NCBI GenBank assembly: GCA_964537315.1
Contig: CAZIAP010000004.1
Location: 14,509-78,508 of the forward strand
Source: an uncultured Gammaproteobacteria bacterium
GTDB lineage: Bacteria; Patescibacteriota; Microgenomatia; Levybacterales; GWA1-39-11
Direction of reading: 5' to 3'
DNA: 64,000 nt
Shown: one piece after another, positions 8,365 through 17,778 of the stretch
Position numbering within the stretch: position 1 is the first letter of the stretch
Layout: each line of letters opens with the position of its first letter
Notes under the pieces: generated by a model
The model's input: the letters and a program-made list of their open reading frames with translations, nothing else
What the model was told of the DNA's origin: nothing
Databases searched by the model: none
Made by a program: the position numbers and the translations under genes

Positions 8365-11112
8365 TCACGTCTGTTGACGAGAACTCTCGTTACCCCTTTT
8401 ACTTCTCTGTTTTGTAGCACCTTTAGTCTGACCATTTCCATCAAGCGTAATCCTTTCGATTTTTACTCCTTCTTTCTCAGTAAATGAAATTTTAACTGTA
8501 TCTCCTTCCTGAATATCACCTTTCAGCATCTCTTTTGCTAATTGAGTCTCAACTTCACGTTGAATTCGTCGTCGTAATTCTCTTGCACCAAACTCCGGCA
8601 TATAACCAACTTGTGCTAAGTGATTTATGAGCTGTTCACTAAAGACAAGCTCTATACCTTGCCCTCGTGCTATTTGCTTTACGCGCTCAAGTTGTAATTT
8701 TGTAATAAGTTTTATTTGTTCCTCGGTCAAGGCATGAAAAACGATGATTTCATCAATCCTATTTAAAAATTCCGGTCGAAAGTGAGAACGTAAGACCCCC
8801 ATCAATTCGTCTTTTAACACATCATATGGTTTTTTATTCGATAGCTTCATATTTTCCTGGATGATGCCTGATCCCAAATTACTGGTCGCGATAATAATAG
8901 TATTTGTAAAATCAACAATTCGTCCTTTTCCATCTGTCAGACGACCATCATCAAGAACTTGCAGCAAAATGTTATATACATCACTATGTGCCTTCTCAAT
9001 CTCATCAAGGAGAATAACAGAATATGGTCTCCGCCTGACTGCCTCAGTGAGTTGCCCTCCCTCTTCATATCCGACATAGCCTGGAGGAGCACCGATCAGT
9101 CGGGAAACACTATAGCGCTCCATATATTCGGACATATCGATTCTAGTAAGAGCATCATCATCTCCGAAAACAAACCACGCAAGTGCTTTTGCAAGCTCAG
9201 TTTTACCGACACCTGTCGGTCCGAGGAATAGAAAACTGGCAACCGGCCTCTTTCCTTCCATTAAACCTGCTCTGGATCTTCTGATAGCGTCTGAAACTGC
9301 ATTTATTGCCTCTTCCTGTCCCACTACCCGATCATGAAGCCTGCGTTCCATCTGCAATAGTTTTTCTTTTTCAGCTTGAGTTAGCTCTGTAACTGGAACG
9401 CCGGTCAGCTTTGAGGTAACCTGTGCAATATGTTCACGAGTTACCTCAGATGTCGTAACACCACGTTCTCGTCTTGATTTCGCTTCCAGCTGCTCTTTTT
9501 CTCCCAGCAATTTCTTAATCTCATTCTCATGTTCTTTTGCTAAGTCATATTGCTTCCGTGAGGTAGCAAATTCTTGTTCGCGTTTGAGTTTCGCAAGCTG
9601 TTCTTCTAACCGTTTTATCTCCTGGGAACGCGAAGTAGACAATATTCGGACTCGTGATGCTGCCTGATCAACCAAATCAATTGCCTTGTCCGGTAAAAAG
9701 CGATTAGCAATATACCTATCTGATAGCTCGCTAGCCGCAACGATAGCATCATCAGTAATTTTTACTTTATGATGCGCTTCATACCTATCCCGTAACCCCT
9801 TCAAAATTTCGATCGTTTGCTCCACTGTCGGCTCCGGTACAAATACCGGTTGAAAACGCCGCTCAAGTGCCGCATCTTTTTCAATATACTTCTGGTATTC
9901 ATTTAATGTGGTAGCGCCAATCAGATGTAAATCTCCCCTGGCCAGATGAGGCTTGATAACATTTGAAACATCGAGCCCACCTTCCTGTCCTCCGCCGCCC
10001 GCACCGACAATAGTGTGTAACTCGTCAATAAATAATATGAGCTCATCTTTATGAGCGGTAATTTCATCGAGTACCGCTTTTATTCTCTCTTCAAATTCTC
10101 CTCGATATTTTGATCCTGCAACTATGGAATTAATATTTACTTCAACGACTCGCTTATTCAACAGTACTTCAGGAACGTCCTCATTCACGATTCGCTGTGC
10201 AAGACCTTCAACAATAGCCGTTTTCCCAACACCAGGCTCACCAATGAGTACAGGATTGTTCTTCGTCCTTCTGGATAGAATCTCAATTGTCGACTCAATC
10301 TCACCTGCCCGCCCAATAACAGGATCAAGCTTTCCCGCTCGAGCCAAATTAGAAAGATCACGAGAATATTTATCGAGTTGAGGAGTGTTACTTTTTGCCT
10401 CTACTCTCCCTTCTTTTGCCCCACGTCCGACAACTTTCAATGTTTGTTGCCTGAGACTCTGAGGATTGAGACCGTATTTTCTCAGCACCTCTCCGGCAAG
10501 TCCTTCCTCCTCAGAAAGAGCGATCAATAGATGCTCCGGGCCAATATATCCGTGTCCTAGCTCTTGCGATATCCGAAATGCTTTTTCAAATATATCTTTC
10601 AGTCTCGGGGATGGACTTAGCTCAATTTCCCCGGATAATTTCTTCTCTCCTCTAGGAGCATTCTCATCTATGTAAAGTTTCAGGTCTTCGGATTTTAGTT
10701 TAAATTGTCGAAGTATTTCAGCTGCAACATCACTCTCGACAATTGCAGAAAGAAGATGCTCAGTGTCAACTTCGAGTCTATTAAAGTCTACCGCTTTTTT
10801 ACCTGCTTCCTGAATCAGCTCTTTCGTCTGATCAGAAAAATAACTGCTAATATCTACCGCCTCTCGATGTCTGGGAATTGGATATCCCATCCCTGACGAC
10901 ATTCCGGTAAAATCCTGATCAAAAAGAGAACTGAGGTCACCAAATGGACTATCTCCTGATAAAAGAGATTGGAAAGGAGATAAGGAACGCTGCTGTAAAC
11001 GCTCTAGATCTATAGCACACACCTCAAGTGTTTCTTCTGCCCCACCTCGTGAAACTCGTACCCTTGTAGTTGCTGGCCGTTTATTGCATATATCACATAT
11101 CCCATTTGCCAT
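8365..11112 (-). CDS. clpC: ATP-dependent Clp chaperone ClpC/ClpB family (two AAA+ modules) with Cys-containing N-terminal extension
   Basis: Two Clp_N repeats, Walker A GEPGVGKT and GPTGVGKT, short M-domain (ClpC-like), 915 aa; N-terminus CDIC...C resembles ClpX-type zinc-binding domain. Confidence 0.9.
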   Translation of the reverse strand: MANGICDICNKRPATTRVRVSRGGAEETLEVCAIDLERLQQRSLSPFQSLLSGDSPFGDLSSLFDQDFTGMSSGMGYPIPRHREAVDISSYFSDQTKELIQEAGKKAVDFNRLEVDTEHLLSAIVESDVAAEILRQFKLKSEDLKLYIDENAPRGEKKLSGEIELSPSPRLKDIFEKAFRISQELGHGYIGPEHLLIALSEEEGLAGEVLRKYGLNPQSLRQQTLKVVGRGAKEGRVEAKSNTPQLDKYSRDLSNLARAGKLDPVIGRAGEIESTIEILSRRTKNNPVLIGEPGVGKTAIVEGLAQRIVNEDVPEVLLNKRVVEVNINSIVAGSKYRGEFEERIKAVLDEITAHKDELILFIDELHTIVGAGGGGQEGGLDVSNVIKPHLARGDLHLIGATTLNEYQKYIEKDAALERRFQPVFVPEPTVEQTIEILKGLRDRYEAHHKVKITDDAIVAASELSDRYIANRFLPDKAIDLVDQAASRVRILSTSRSQEIKRLEEQLAKLKREQEFATSRKQYDLAKEHENEIKKLLGEKEQLEAKSRRERGVTTSEVTREHIAQVTSKLTGVPVTELTQAEKEKLLQMERRLHDRVVGQEEAINAVSDAIRRSRAGLMEGKRPVASFLFLGPTGVGKTELAKALAWFVFGDDDALTRIDMSEYMERYSVSRLIGAPPGYVGYEEGGQLTEAVRRRPYSVILLDEIEKAHSDVYNILLQVLDDGRLTDGKGRIVDFTNTIIIATSNLGSGIIQENMKLSNKKPYDVLKDELMGVLRSHFRPEFLNRIDEIIVFHALTEEQIKLITKLQLERVKQIARGQGIELVFSEQLINHLAQVGYMPEFGARELRRRIQREVETQLAKEMLKGDIQEGDTVKISFTEKEGVKIERITLDGNGQTKGATKQRSKRGNESSRQQT

Positions 11113-11254
11113 ACTACTATCTATATCCTTTTAGGAAGATAGATATATGTGAGATGTGTATGAGTCACAAATGAATTACATAATTCAGCTCTTGCGGTTA
11201 TAATTCTTTCATATCAAGGCCGAGGAACTTGTAGGGTCAACCGGAACTCTAAAG

Positions 11255-11431
11255 ATGGGACGGTGTGGCTTGCATCCCTCACTTCATGTATATGTTAACC
11301 AGCCTCCGCTTGAAGGAAAAGCAAACATGGCAGTTATTCAGGCGCTTGCTGACTATTTCAAAGTAAAAAAAACCAACATCGTTCTTTTGTCAGGACACAA
11401 ATCTAAGTTGAAGTTATTCAATATACTGTGA
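11255..11431 (+). CDS. DUF167 (YggU) family protein, apparently N-terminally short
   Basis: Manual translation: MGRCGLHPSLHVYVNQPPLEGKANMAVIQALADYFKVKKTNIVLLSGHKSKLKLFNIL; matches DUF167 core L.V.V.APP.EGKAN.A.I..LA..F.V.K..I.L.SG..S..K; not in ORF track (<60 aa). Confidence 0.45.
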   Translation: MGRCGLHPSLHVYVNQPPLEGKANMAVIQALADYFKVKKTNIVLLSGHKSKLKLFNIL

Positions 11432-11473
11432 TAAATCTCTAAGAGGGTAAAAAGACCGCAAGGGACAGTTTTT

Positions 11474-11749
11474 TTAACTCAGCACATTTTCATTACTCAT
11501 TCGATCAATCGCCTCGTTTAACTTATCATCGCTTGGCTCGACCAACACATCACCATTTGGGAAAACAATTGTAGGTATCGATCTCATTCCGTTATTTATT
11601 TCTACTACCTTTTCTGCTGCGTCCGGAACTTCATCAATATTTATATACTCATATGGTATTTTTTTATTGTCTAAAAATGACTTAGATCTAGCACAATCAT
11701 GACACCATGTCGTCGCATAAAATCTAACTAATTTATTATTTTTACTCAT
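11474..11749 (-). CDS. glutaredoxin-like (NrdH/mycoredoxin-type) thioredoxin-fold protein
   Basis: WCHDC active-site CxxC at N-terminus of 91-aa thioredoxin-fold pattern. Confidence 0.75.
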   Translation of the reverse strand: MSKNNKLVRFYATTWCHDCARSKSFLDNKKIPYEYINIDEVPDAAEKVVEINNGMRSIPTIVFPNGDVLVEPSDDKLNEAIDRMSNENVLS

Positions 11750-11752
11750 ATC

Positions 11753-12610
11753 CTACAATGAATACTTTACAAATGGTAAAAGATACTTTGGTGGAGCTAT
11801 TCCCAGATCTAACTCTGACTGAAGCTTATTGTACTTATCTATTCGTTGTGGGTACCAGGTCTGTCCTTCAAGAATCCTGTCGTGTTTATGTTTTTGATAA
11901 ACGTACTCGAAAGCAATAACTGTATTTTTATAGGTGTCGTTTGAGACACGCCCGTCTGTGCCATACCGTTGATGATAATGATATAGTATCTCCGGCACGT
12001 GAAGTAAACCTTGAGGATATTTCTCGCTAAGCTGAAGCGCAAACTCCCAATCTTCCAACGCTCCAAGATCAGGATGTTCATCAAAACGGATACCGTCGTC
12101 TATTACTTTTCTGGAATGCATAAAACCTATATTATCGAAATGAAACTTCTTTAAACCAATATCTTGTGGAGTAATATTTTTAGGAACATTTTCAGAATCA
12201 TCTATTTCTCGTACTAAGAAATTATCAACGTAAAGTTCCAGTGTTTTTTTACCACGAGGGATTGCAAATATGGTATTTTTATTTTTCTCGATATGTTTGA
12301 GCATTACTTCCAGATGAGTGTGGTATAGCTCATCATCATCGTCAAGATATGTAATCCAGTCACCTTTTGCTACGTTTAAGGCAGTATTTCTTGCAGCAGA
12401 TGGTCCTTTATTAGTATCGTGGCGAATGTATCGCACTCTCTTATCTGAAAAGCTCTTCACAACGTCGTTCGTCTCATCCTTTGAGTTATCATCAACAATA
12501 ATATACTCTAAATTTTTATATGTCTGAGATAATATGCTCTCCATAGCATTTCGGAGTACATATGCACGGTTATGAGTTGGAGTAATAACGGTCACAAAAG
12601 GAGTATTCAT
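11753..12610 (-). CDS. glycosyltransferase family 2
   Basis: VITPTHNRAYVLRNAMESILSQTY....YIIVDDNSKD GT2 N-terminal signature, DDDD motif. Confidence 0.85.
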   Translation of the reverse strand: MNTPFVTVITPTHNRAYVLRNAMESILSQTYKNLEYIIVDDNSKDETNDVVKSFSDKRVRYIRHDTNKGPSAARNTALNVAKGDWITYLDDDDELYHTHLEVMLKHIEKNKNTIFAIPRGKKTLELYVDNFLVREIDDSENVPKNITPQDIGLKKFHFDNIGFMHSRKVIDDGIRFDEHPDLGALEDWEFALQLSEKYPQGLLHVPEILYHYHQRYGTDGRVSNDTYKNTVIAFEYVYQKHKHDRILEGQTWYPQRIDKYNKLQSELDLGIAPPKYLLPFVKYSL

Positions 12611-12618
12611 AGAGTTGT

Positions 12619-13224
12619 TTACACATGCGCGAGCTTATGTGACATCTTCTCTTTTTTTGTCTTTAAGTATTTCTTATTTATAGGGTTGGGAAAAACCTCA
12701 ATTGGTACTTGCTCTACAACTTCAATACCATATCTTTCAAGCTGCTCTACTTTATCTGGATTGTTAGTTAGTAATCTTATTTTTTTCAAACCCAAGTCGT
12801 GAAGTATTCCAGCTGCAGTTTTATAGTCTCTGGCATCAACTGGTAAACCCAATTTCTCATTTGCTTCTACAGTATCGTAGCCAACCTCCTGCAATGCATA
12901 AGCTTTTATTTTGTTGGTTAGACCAATTCCTCTACCTTCCTGATTTAAGTACACTATAACTCCGCTGCCATTTTTTTGAATCTGCTCCATACTCTGTTTC
13001 AGTTGATCACCACAGTCACATTTCAATGAGAACAATATATCTCCTGTAACACACGATGAATGAAGACGAACTAACGTCTCATCATTTATAACACCCTTAA
13101 CCAAGGCAAAGTGTTCCTGATTGTCTGAGGTTTTGTAGATAATAATTTGAAATCTACCTAGCTTGGTAGGAAGAATAGTATGAGCTGTGCTTTTTAAACC
13201 TCTTACTGATTTTTGTTTTTTCAT
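12619..13224 (-). CDS. ribA: GTP cyclohydrolase II
   Basis: CDCG zinc motif, NQEGRGIGL and YL.TK...GH motif context; 201 aa. Confidence 0.8.
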   Translation of the reverse strand: MKKQKSVRGLKSTAHTILPTKLGRFQIIIYKTSDNQEHFALVKGVINDETLVRLHSSCVTGDILFSLKCDCGDQLKQSMEQIQKNGSGVIVYLNQEGRGIGLTNKIKAYALQEVGYDTVEANEKLGLPVDARDYKTAAGILHDLGLKKIRLLTNNPDKVEQLERYGIEVVEQVPIEVFPNPINKKYLKTKKEKMSHKLAHV

Positions 13225-13943
13225 TATTTGTACTCCCCATAATCCTCTGATTTTATATACAATGAATCCACACCAGCATCAGCCAATACATTTGAGAGAC
13301 TTGTTACCAGTCCTGTCGGTCCAGCAAGATAAAATATAGTGTTGCTAATGTCACCTACATGTTTTTTTATCATTTCCTCATTAATATAACCAGTTTCACC
13401 CTGCCACTTATCAGTGTCTTCCTGAGTCATCGTAGGAATGAATATGAAGTTCTTATTTTGCTGTGCTATCTTCTCCAGTTCTTCAAAAAAAGGTGCATCC
13501 TTGATCGTACGATTTGAGTAAAAAAGATAAATTTTTTGTGCTGAATTACTTGTAGCTGCTTGTCTGATCATACTAATAAATGGTGTAATTCCAATACCAC
13601 CAGACAAGAATACTACTGGTCTTGAAGTATCTTTAGGCAATGTCATTGATCCTCTAGGATTTATAATTTCTACCTCTAAACCTTCAGGAGCGTTCTTTAA
13701 TGTCTGTTTAAATGCGGAATTTCTAATTCGTGTAGCAAATCCAATTTCCTCTTCAGAAGGAATAGTGATAAACGAAAGTGTGCGATCGTTACCTTCATCG
13801 TCTGTTTGAGGAGGATTAATTAGTCTTACAGTAGGATGTTGACCTGGCTCATAAACTAAGCCTTCCGGTTTCTCAAAGTAAAAAGCCATTGTCCCATTTG
13901 CGACTTCTTCTTTTCTTATTAATTTAGATTTAAATTCAGCCAT
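13224..13943 (-). CDS. FAD/NAD(P)-binding oxidoreductase, ferredoxin-NADP reductase-like (single FNR module)
   Basis: RxFS-type FAD motif RTLSFITIPS, GGIGITPF NAD-binding glycine motif; paralog of 46386..47090. Confidence 0.75.
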   Translation of the reverse strand: MAEFKSKLIRKEEVANGTMAFYFEKPEGLVYEPGQHPTVRLINPPQTDDEGNDRTLSFITIPSEEEIGFATRIRNSAFKQTLKNAPEGLEVEIINPRGSMTLPKDTSRPVVFLSGGIGITPFISMIRQAATSNSAQKIYLFYSNRTIKDAPFFEELEKIAQQNKNFIFIPTMTQEDTDKWQGETGYINEEMIKKHVGDISNTIFYLAGPTGLVTSLSNVLADAGVDSLYIKSEDYGEYK

Positions 13944-13945
13944 AT

Positions 13946-14281
13946 TTAACCTTCCTGTTCTCCTAAAATTATTTTTGCAATTGAGTCTACCAATGGGTCA
14001 TTTTGCTTAATTCTGTAAAATACAGTCTGACCAACTTTTTCTCTTGTAACAAGCCCTGAACGTTCTAAGAGCTTTAACTGTTGAGATATTGCAGGAACAG
14101 TCATACCCATGATATGTGCAATATCAGTAACATTAACGTCATCACCATGAGTTACCAAAAGTAGTCTGAATGCGCGACAACGTGTAGGATCTGCAACTGC
14201 GTTAAAGATATCAGTCAATTTGTCTTGATCTATAGTAATTGTTTCCTTAATTTTTTCGACTTGCTTTGTAGTTAGTGCCAT
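13946..14281 (-). CDS. ArsR/SmtB family transcriptional regulator
   Basis: HTH DIAHIMGMTVPAISQQLKLLERSGLV typical of ArsR; first gene of operon with FNR-like oxidoreductase and ribA. Confidence 0.85.
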   Translation of the reverse strand: MALTTKQVEKIKETITIDQDKLTDIFNAVADPTRCRAFRLLLVTHGDDVNVTDIAHIMGMTVPAISQQLKLLERSGLVTREKVGQTVFYRIKQNDPLVDSIAKIILGEQEG

Positions 14282-14323
14282 ATTTTCAATAATTGTTTAT
14301 TTAATTATTTAAACAACTGCTTA

Positions 14324-14352
14324 AGTATATCTAAATATTTGCCCCTTGTCAA
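14324..14352 (-). promoter_or_regulatory. sigma70-type promoter TTGACA-17-TATACT upstream of arsR-like operon
   Basis: Minus-strand read cacTTGACAaggggcaaatatttagaTATACTtaag, about 40 nt upstream of ATG at 14281. Confidence 0.45.
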
Positions 14353-14390
14353 GTGATCAATAATTTTGAAAAGAAAAATTCAATTAACTA

Positions 14391-14993
14391 TTAGTGCTCT
14401 CCTATGAAGTGTTTGTGTTCTTTGTGTTTTTCGTTATATCTCCAGTATGGGAGAATACCTATTAAATTCACCAAACTGGAGATAATAAATAAAATTTTAA
14501 ACCCGAATTCTTCTGCGATAACCCCTCCTAAGGCTGTAGCTATTCCCATACCAGTAAATGTGACAGCGTGATAAATACCCCAAGTTCTAGAGGCCTCTGC
14601 TCTACCTAGGTTGAGTGAGAACATAGATAGTTTTGCTGGTGAAGATATTGCAAAACTCATTCCTGCAACGATGAAGAACAAGTAAAAAGTAATTAAAGTG
14701 GGAAAAAAAGCAATCATAAGGTAGCTACATGAAAGCAGGGTCATTCCAACCACATCTGTAATCATTCTTTTTCTGTCAGAGGGGAATTTTACGTAGTTAC
14801 TAACTACTAGTTCACTTATAACACGTACGAGTAAATAAAGCGTAAATCCAAATGCTGCTGTACGCACATTACCACCAGGGAGTGTAGATACAACAAAAAC
14901 AGCAATAATATGAGAAACAAAGTTCCAAGCTGACCAGAAAAACGCTTCAGAAAAAATAAAAGCCACTACGATGGGGTTCATTTTTTTCCACAT
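14391..14993 (-). CDS. membrane protein, MFS-like half-transporter (6 predicted TM)
   Basis: 200 aa, six hydrophobic segments, GxxxG-rich helices resembling one MFS half. Confidence 0.45.
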   Translation of the reverse strand: MWKKMNPIVVAFIFSEAFFWSAWNFVSHIIAVFVVSTLPGGNVRTAAFGFTLYLLVRVISELVVSNYVKFPSDRKRMITDVVGMTLLSCSYLMIAFFPTLITFYLFFIVAGMSFAISSPAKLSMFSLNLGRAEASRTWGIYHAVTFTGMGIATALGGVIAEEFGFKILFIISSLVNLIGILPYWRYNEKHKEHKHFIGEH

Positions 14994-15125
14994 GTTTTAA
15001 GTATACAATATTCTAGCGAGACAAGCACTATACCAATAGACATCTAGTTATCACTAGATATTGCTCGTACGAATATTAATCTACTTGTTGCAGATACTCG
15101 CCAATAATACTAGAATAATAACGTT

Positions 15126-15830
15126 ATGGAAATTTTCGATCTAGTTCTGCACTTCGACGAACATCTCGCAAATATCATCGCGTTTTTCGGACCTTTCACA
15201 TATGTAATACTTTTTCTCATCGTATTCGCTGAAACCGGATTGGTAGTTACTCCATTTCTACCGGGAGATTCGCTATTATTTGTAGTTGGCACATTGGCAG
15301 GAGGCGGTTTTCTCAACATTTGGATAGCGTACTTTTCGTTGTTAATTGCCGCTATATTAGGAGACACAGTAAATTATTGGATTGGTCATCATATCGGACC
15401 TAAAGTGTTTTCAAGAGAGAACTCCAAAATATTTAACAAAGCATATCTCGAAAAAACAAGAGGATTTTATGAAAAGCACGGTGGAAAAACTATCATTTTA
15501 GCTCGATTTTTACCCATAATCCGTACATTCGCACCTTTTGTTGCAGGAGTTGGAAACATGCACTATAGAACATTTATCTTTTTTAACGTTGTAGGTGCAT
15601 TCATCTGGGTAACTAGCCTTATATTTGCAGGATACTTCTTTGGTGGCCTACCCTTCATAAAAGAAAATTTTGAGTTTGCGGTCATTGGAATTATCGTAGT
15701 ATCACTAATCCCTGCTGTGATTGAGTTTATTCAGCATAAACGAGGACCAAAACTCACCAAAAAACAACTGGAGCACGCAACTTACAAAGATATTAAACAA
15801 ACATTTAAAAAAGAAAACCTCAACAACTAG
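15126..15830 (+). CDS. dedA: DedA/VTT-domain family membrane protein
   Basis: FAETGLVVTPFLPGDSLLF and RFLPIIRTFAPFVAGV motifs diagnostic of DedA/SNARE-associated family. Confidence 0.85.
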   Translation: MEIFDLVLHFDEHLANIIAFFGPFTYVILFLIVFAETGLVVTPFLPGDSLLFVVGTLAGGGFLNIWIAYFSLLIAAILGDTVNYWIGHHIGPKVFSRENSKIFNKAYLEKTRGFYEKHGGKTIILARFLPIIRTFAPFVAGVGNMHYRTFIFFNVVGAFIWVTSLIFAGYFFGGLPFIKENFEFAVIGIIVVSLIPAVIEFIQHKRGPKLTKKQLEHATYKDIKQTFKKENLNN

Positions 15831-15845
15831 TAGTATCAAACAAGC

Positions 15846-16307
15846 CTACTTTCTCCTTGTTCTAGATTGTTTATAAGTCTCAGTCGCCTCCGGAGATTTT
15901 CTATTTATATGTGGAATTCTAGGTGTAAAAGCAACAGCGATAGTTACAATGATTCCGATTAAATAAAAGTCATATCCAAAGGCCATACCAATCGCCCCTG
16001 ATACCCATATACTTGCAGCAGTAGTTAGATTTCTTACGCTCGATCCTTCTTTTAAAATCAAACCCGCACCTAAAAACCCTATTCCTGATACAATCTGCGC
16101 AGCAATTCTAGATTTTGATGCTGGATCTACTACTGAAGACATGAATGTAAAAAGCATCGCGCCGGTAATAACAAGAATATGTGTACTAATTCCTGCGTCT
16201 TTCCCTCTGGACTCTCTTTCAGCTCCTATAACAAATCCTGCAACCATGCTTAGAAGTAAATTAATTAATAAATCAATCTCACTTTGAGAAATTAATTGAC
16301 TTAACAT
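15846..16307 (-). CDS. mgtC: MgtC/SapB family membrane protein
   Basis: LLLSMVAGFVIGAERE...GIRTH-like motif, 153 aa. Confidence 0.85.
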   Translation of the reverse strand: MLSQLISQSEIDLLINLLLSMVAGFVIGAERESRGKDAGISTHILVITGAMLFTFMSSVVDPASKSRIAAQIVSGIGFLGAGLILKEGSSVRNLTTAASIWVSGAIGMAFGYDFYLIGIIVTIAVAFTPRIPHINRKSPEATETYKQSRTRRK

Positions 16308-16410
16308 GCAGAGTATTATAGCAAAGCAAAATTTAAAATAATATCGATTTACCTATCCCTTACACGTCTTTAATTCATATTTATTTATAAATTTTTATAG
16401 TGTTCGTTTC

Positions 16411-17067
16411 ATGAAAAAAACTTTAATATTGCCGCTACTATTATTAGTTCTCTCTGCCTCAACTGTATTTGCAGACAATAGAGACCATTTTATTTTCTCG
16501 CAACACACTTTTTATAGTAAAAACTTTGCAAATCAATTTAAACAAAATTATTTATCCCAAAATGACCAACGGCATAATCCGGAACTAAGAGTTGAGCTAA
16601 ATAGAGCGATGTTAGAACATGCAGCACTTGCAGCACTTCATTTAAAATTACTTTTTGAAGAACAGGACACCTCTAGATCGAGAGAATTATTATTTGAGAA
16701 TGGAAATAAAATTGTAGAACTAATTACGCAAGAAGATAACAATGATATTCGTGATCAATTTATGTCTCTCTGGATCAGTCACATCGAAGAGTATGAGCGA
16801 TATACCTTAGCATTAAGAAACAATGATCAACAAGCCATGGAATCATCCCGTGAAAGCCTCAACCAAATAAGTGAAGATCTAGGAAACATCTTTAGTCAAG
16901 ATTCCGATCAGATAGCAGAACATATGAGAACACATGTTGATTTGACTCTCAGTATTGTAGATACTTTCCCGCAGCAGGATGTTAATGAAATGATTTCGCG
17001 TATCAAACAAGGATCGGACCATGCAGCGATGTTTGCAGATGAAATCTACTCTACTCTAACCAGATGA
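16411..17067 (+). CDS. secreted hypothetical protein (signal peptide, helical)
   Basis: MKKTLILPLLLLVLSASTVFA signal peptide; no recognisable domain. Confidence 0.5.
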   Translation: MKKTLILPLLLLVLSASTVFADNRDHFIFSQHTFYSKNFANQFKQNYLSQNDQRHNPELRVELNRAMLEHAALAALHLKLLFEEQDTSRSRELLFENGNKIVELITQEDNNDIRDQFMSLWISHIEEYERYTLALRNNDQQAMESSRESLNQISEDLGNIFSQDSDQIAEHMRTHVDLTLSIVDTFPQQDVNEMISRIKQGSDHAAMFADEIYSTLTR

Positions 17068-17081
17068 CCATCATCTAATAA

Positions 17082-17711
17082 TCATGTTTTTTTTAACATA
17101 GCATTAACTTCTGCGTCAGTAACTTCAGAAAAATCTTGATAATAAAAATTTATGGATCTCATTTTATTAGGTTTAATTAGACATATTATATGATCTACTT
17201 CTACTCTAATACGTTTTACAGTCTCATGGGCACATACCGGAGCTGCAAAAATGATTTTTTCAGGCTTATTTTTCTTGAGCGCTTTAATTGCAGCCCTCGC
17301 TGTTACGCCGGTAGCAAGACCATCGTCGACTAAAATTATTGTTTTCCCTGATGTATTTGGAAGTGGTTTACCTGACCTGTATTGCTTTATTCTACGGTTG
17401 AGTTCGTTTTTCTCAGATTCTAATACTTTATCTATCTGATTGCTTGTAATACCCAGATAATCAATTATGCATCTATCAAGTATGAAGGTATCATTTTCTG
17501 CAATTGCTCCTATTCCTAATTCTGGATTATCGGGTGACCCCAATTTACGTACCACCAATACGAAGAGAGGTAATTTTAATTTTTCAGAAACCTCGTATCC
17601 AATTCTCACACCACCGCGAGGAAGCGCAATCACGATAGATTTGTCATCTACATATTTATCCAAATCTTTAGACAATTCAACACCCGCATCGGCTCTATCT
17701 ATAAATTGCAT
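17082..17711 (-). CDS. phosphoribosyltransferase-domain protein (type I PRTase)
   Basis: PRPP-binding loop IILVDDGLATGVTARAAI; 209 aa. Confidence 0.75.
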   Translation of the reverse strand: MQFIDRADAGVELSKDLDKYVDDKSIVIALPRGGVRIGYEVSEKLKLPLFVLVVRKLGSPDNPELGIGAIAENDTFILDRCIIDYLGITSNQIDKVLESEKNELNRRIKQYRSGKPLPNTSGKTIILVDDGLATGVTARAAIKALKKNKPEKIIFAAPVCAHETVKRIRVEVDHIICLIKPNKMRSINFYYQDFSEVTDAEVNAMLKKT

Positions 17712-17778
17712 AACAATAAGTAAAGCTTGTGATTATAAAGTACGAAATAATTTTTTGTAAGAATGAGGTTTATAATGT

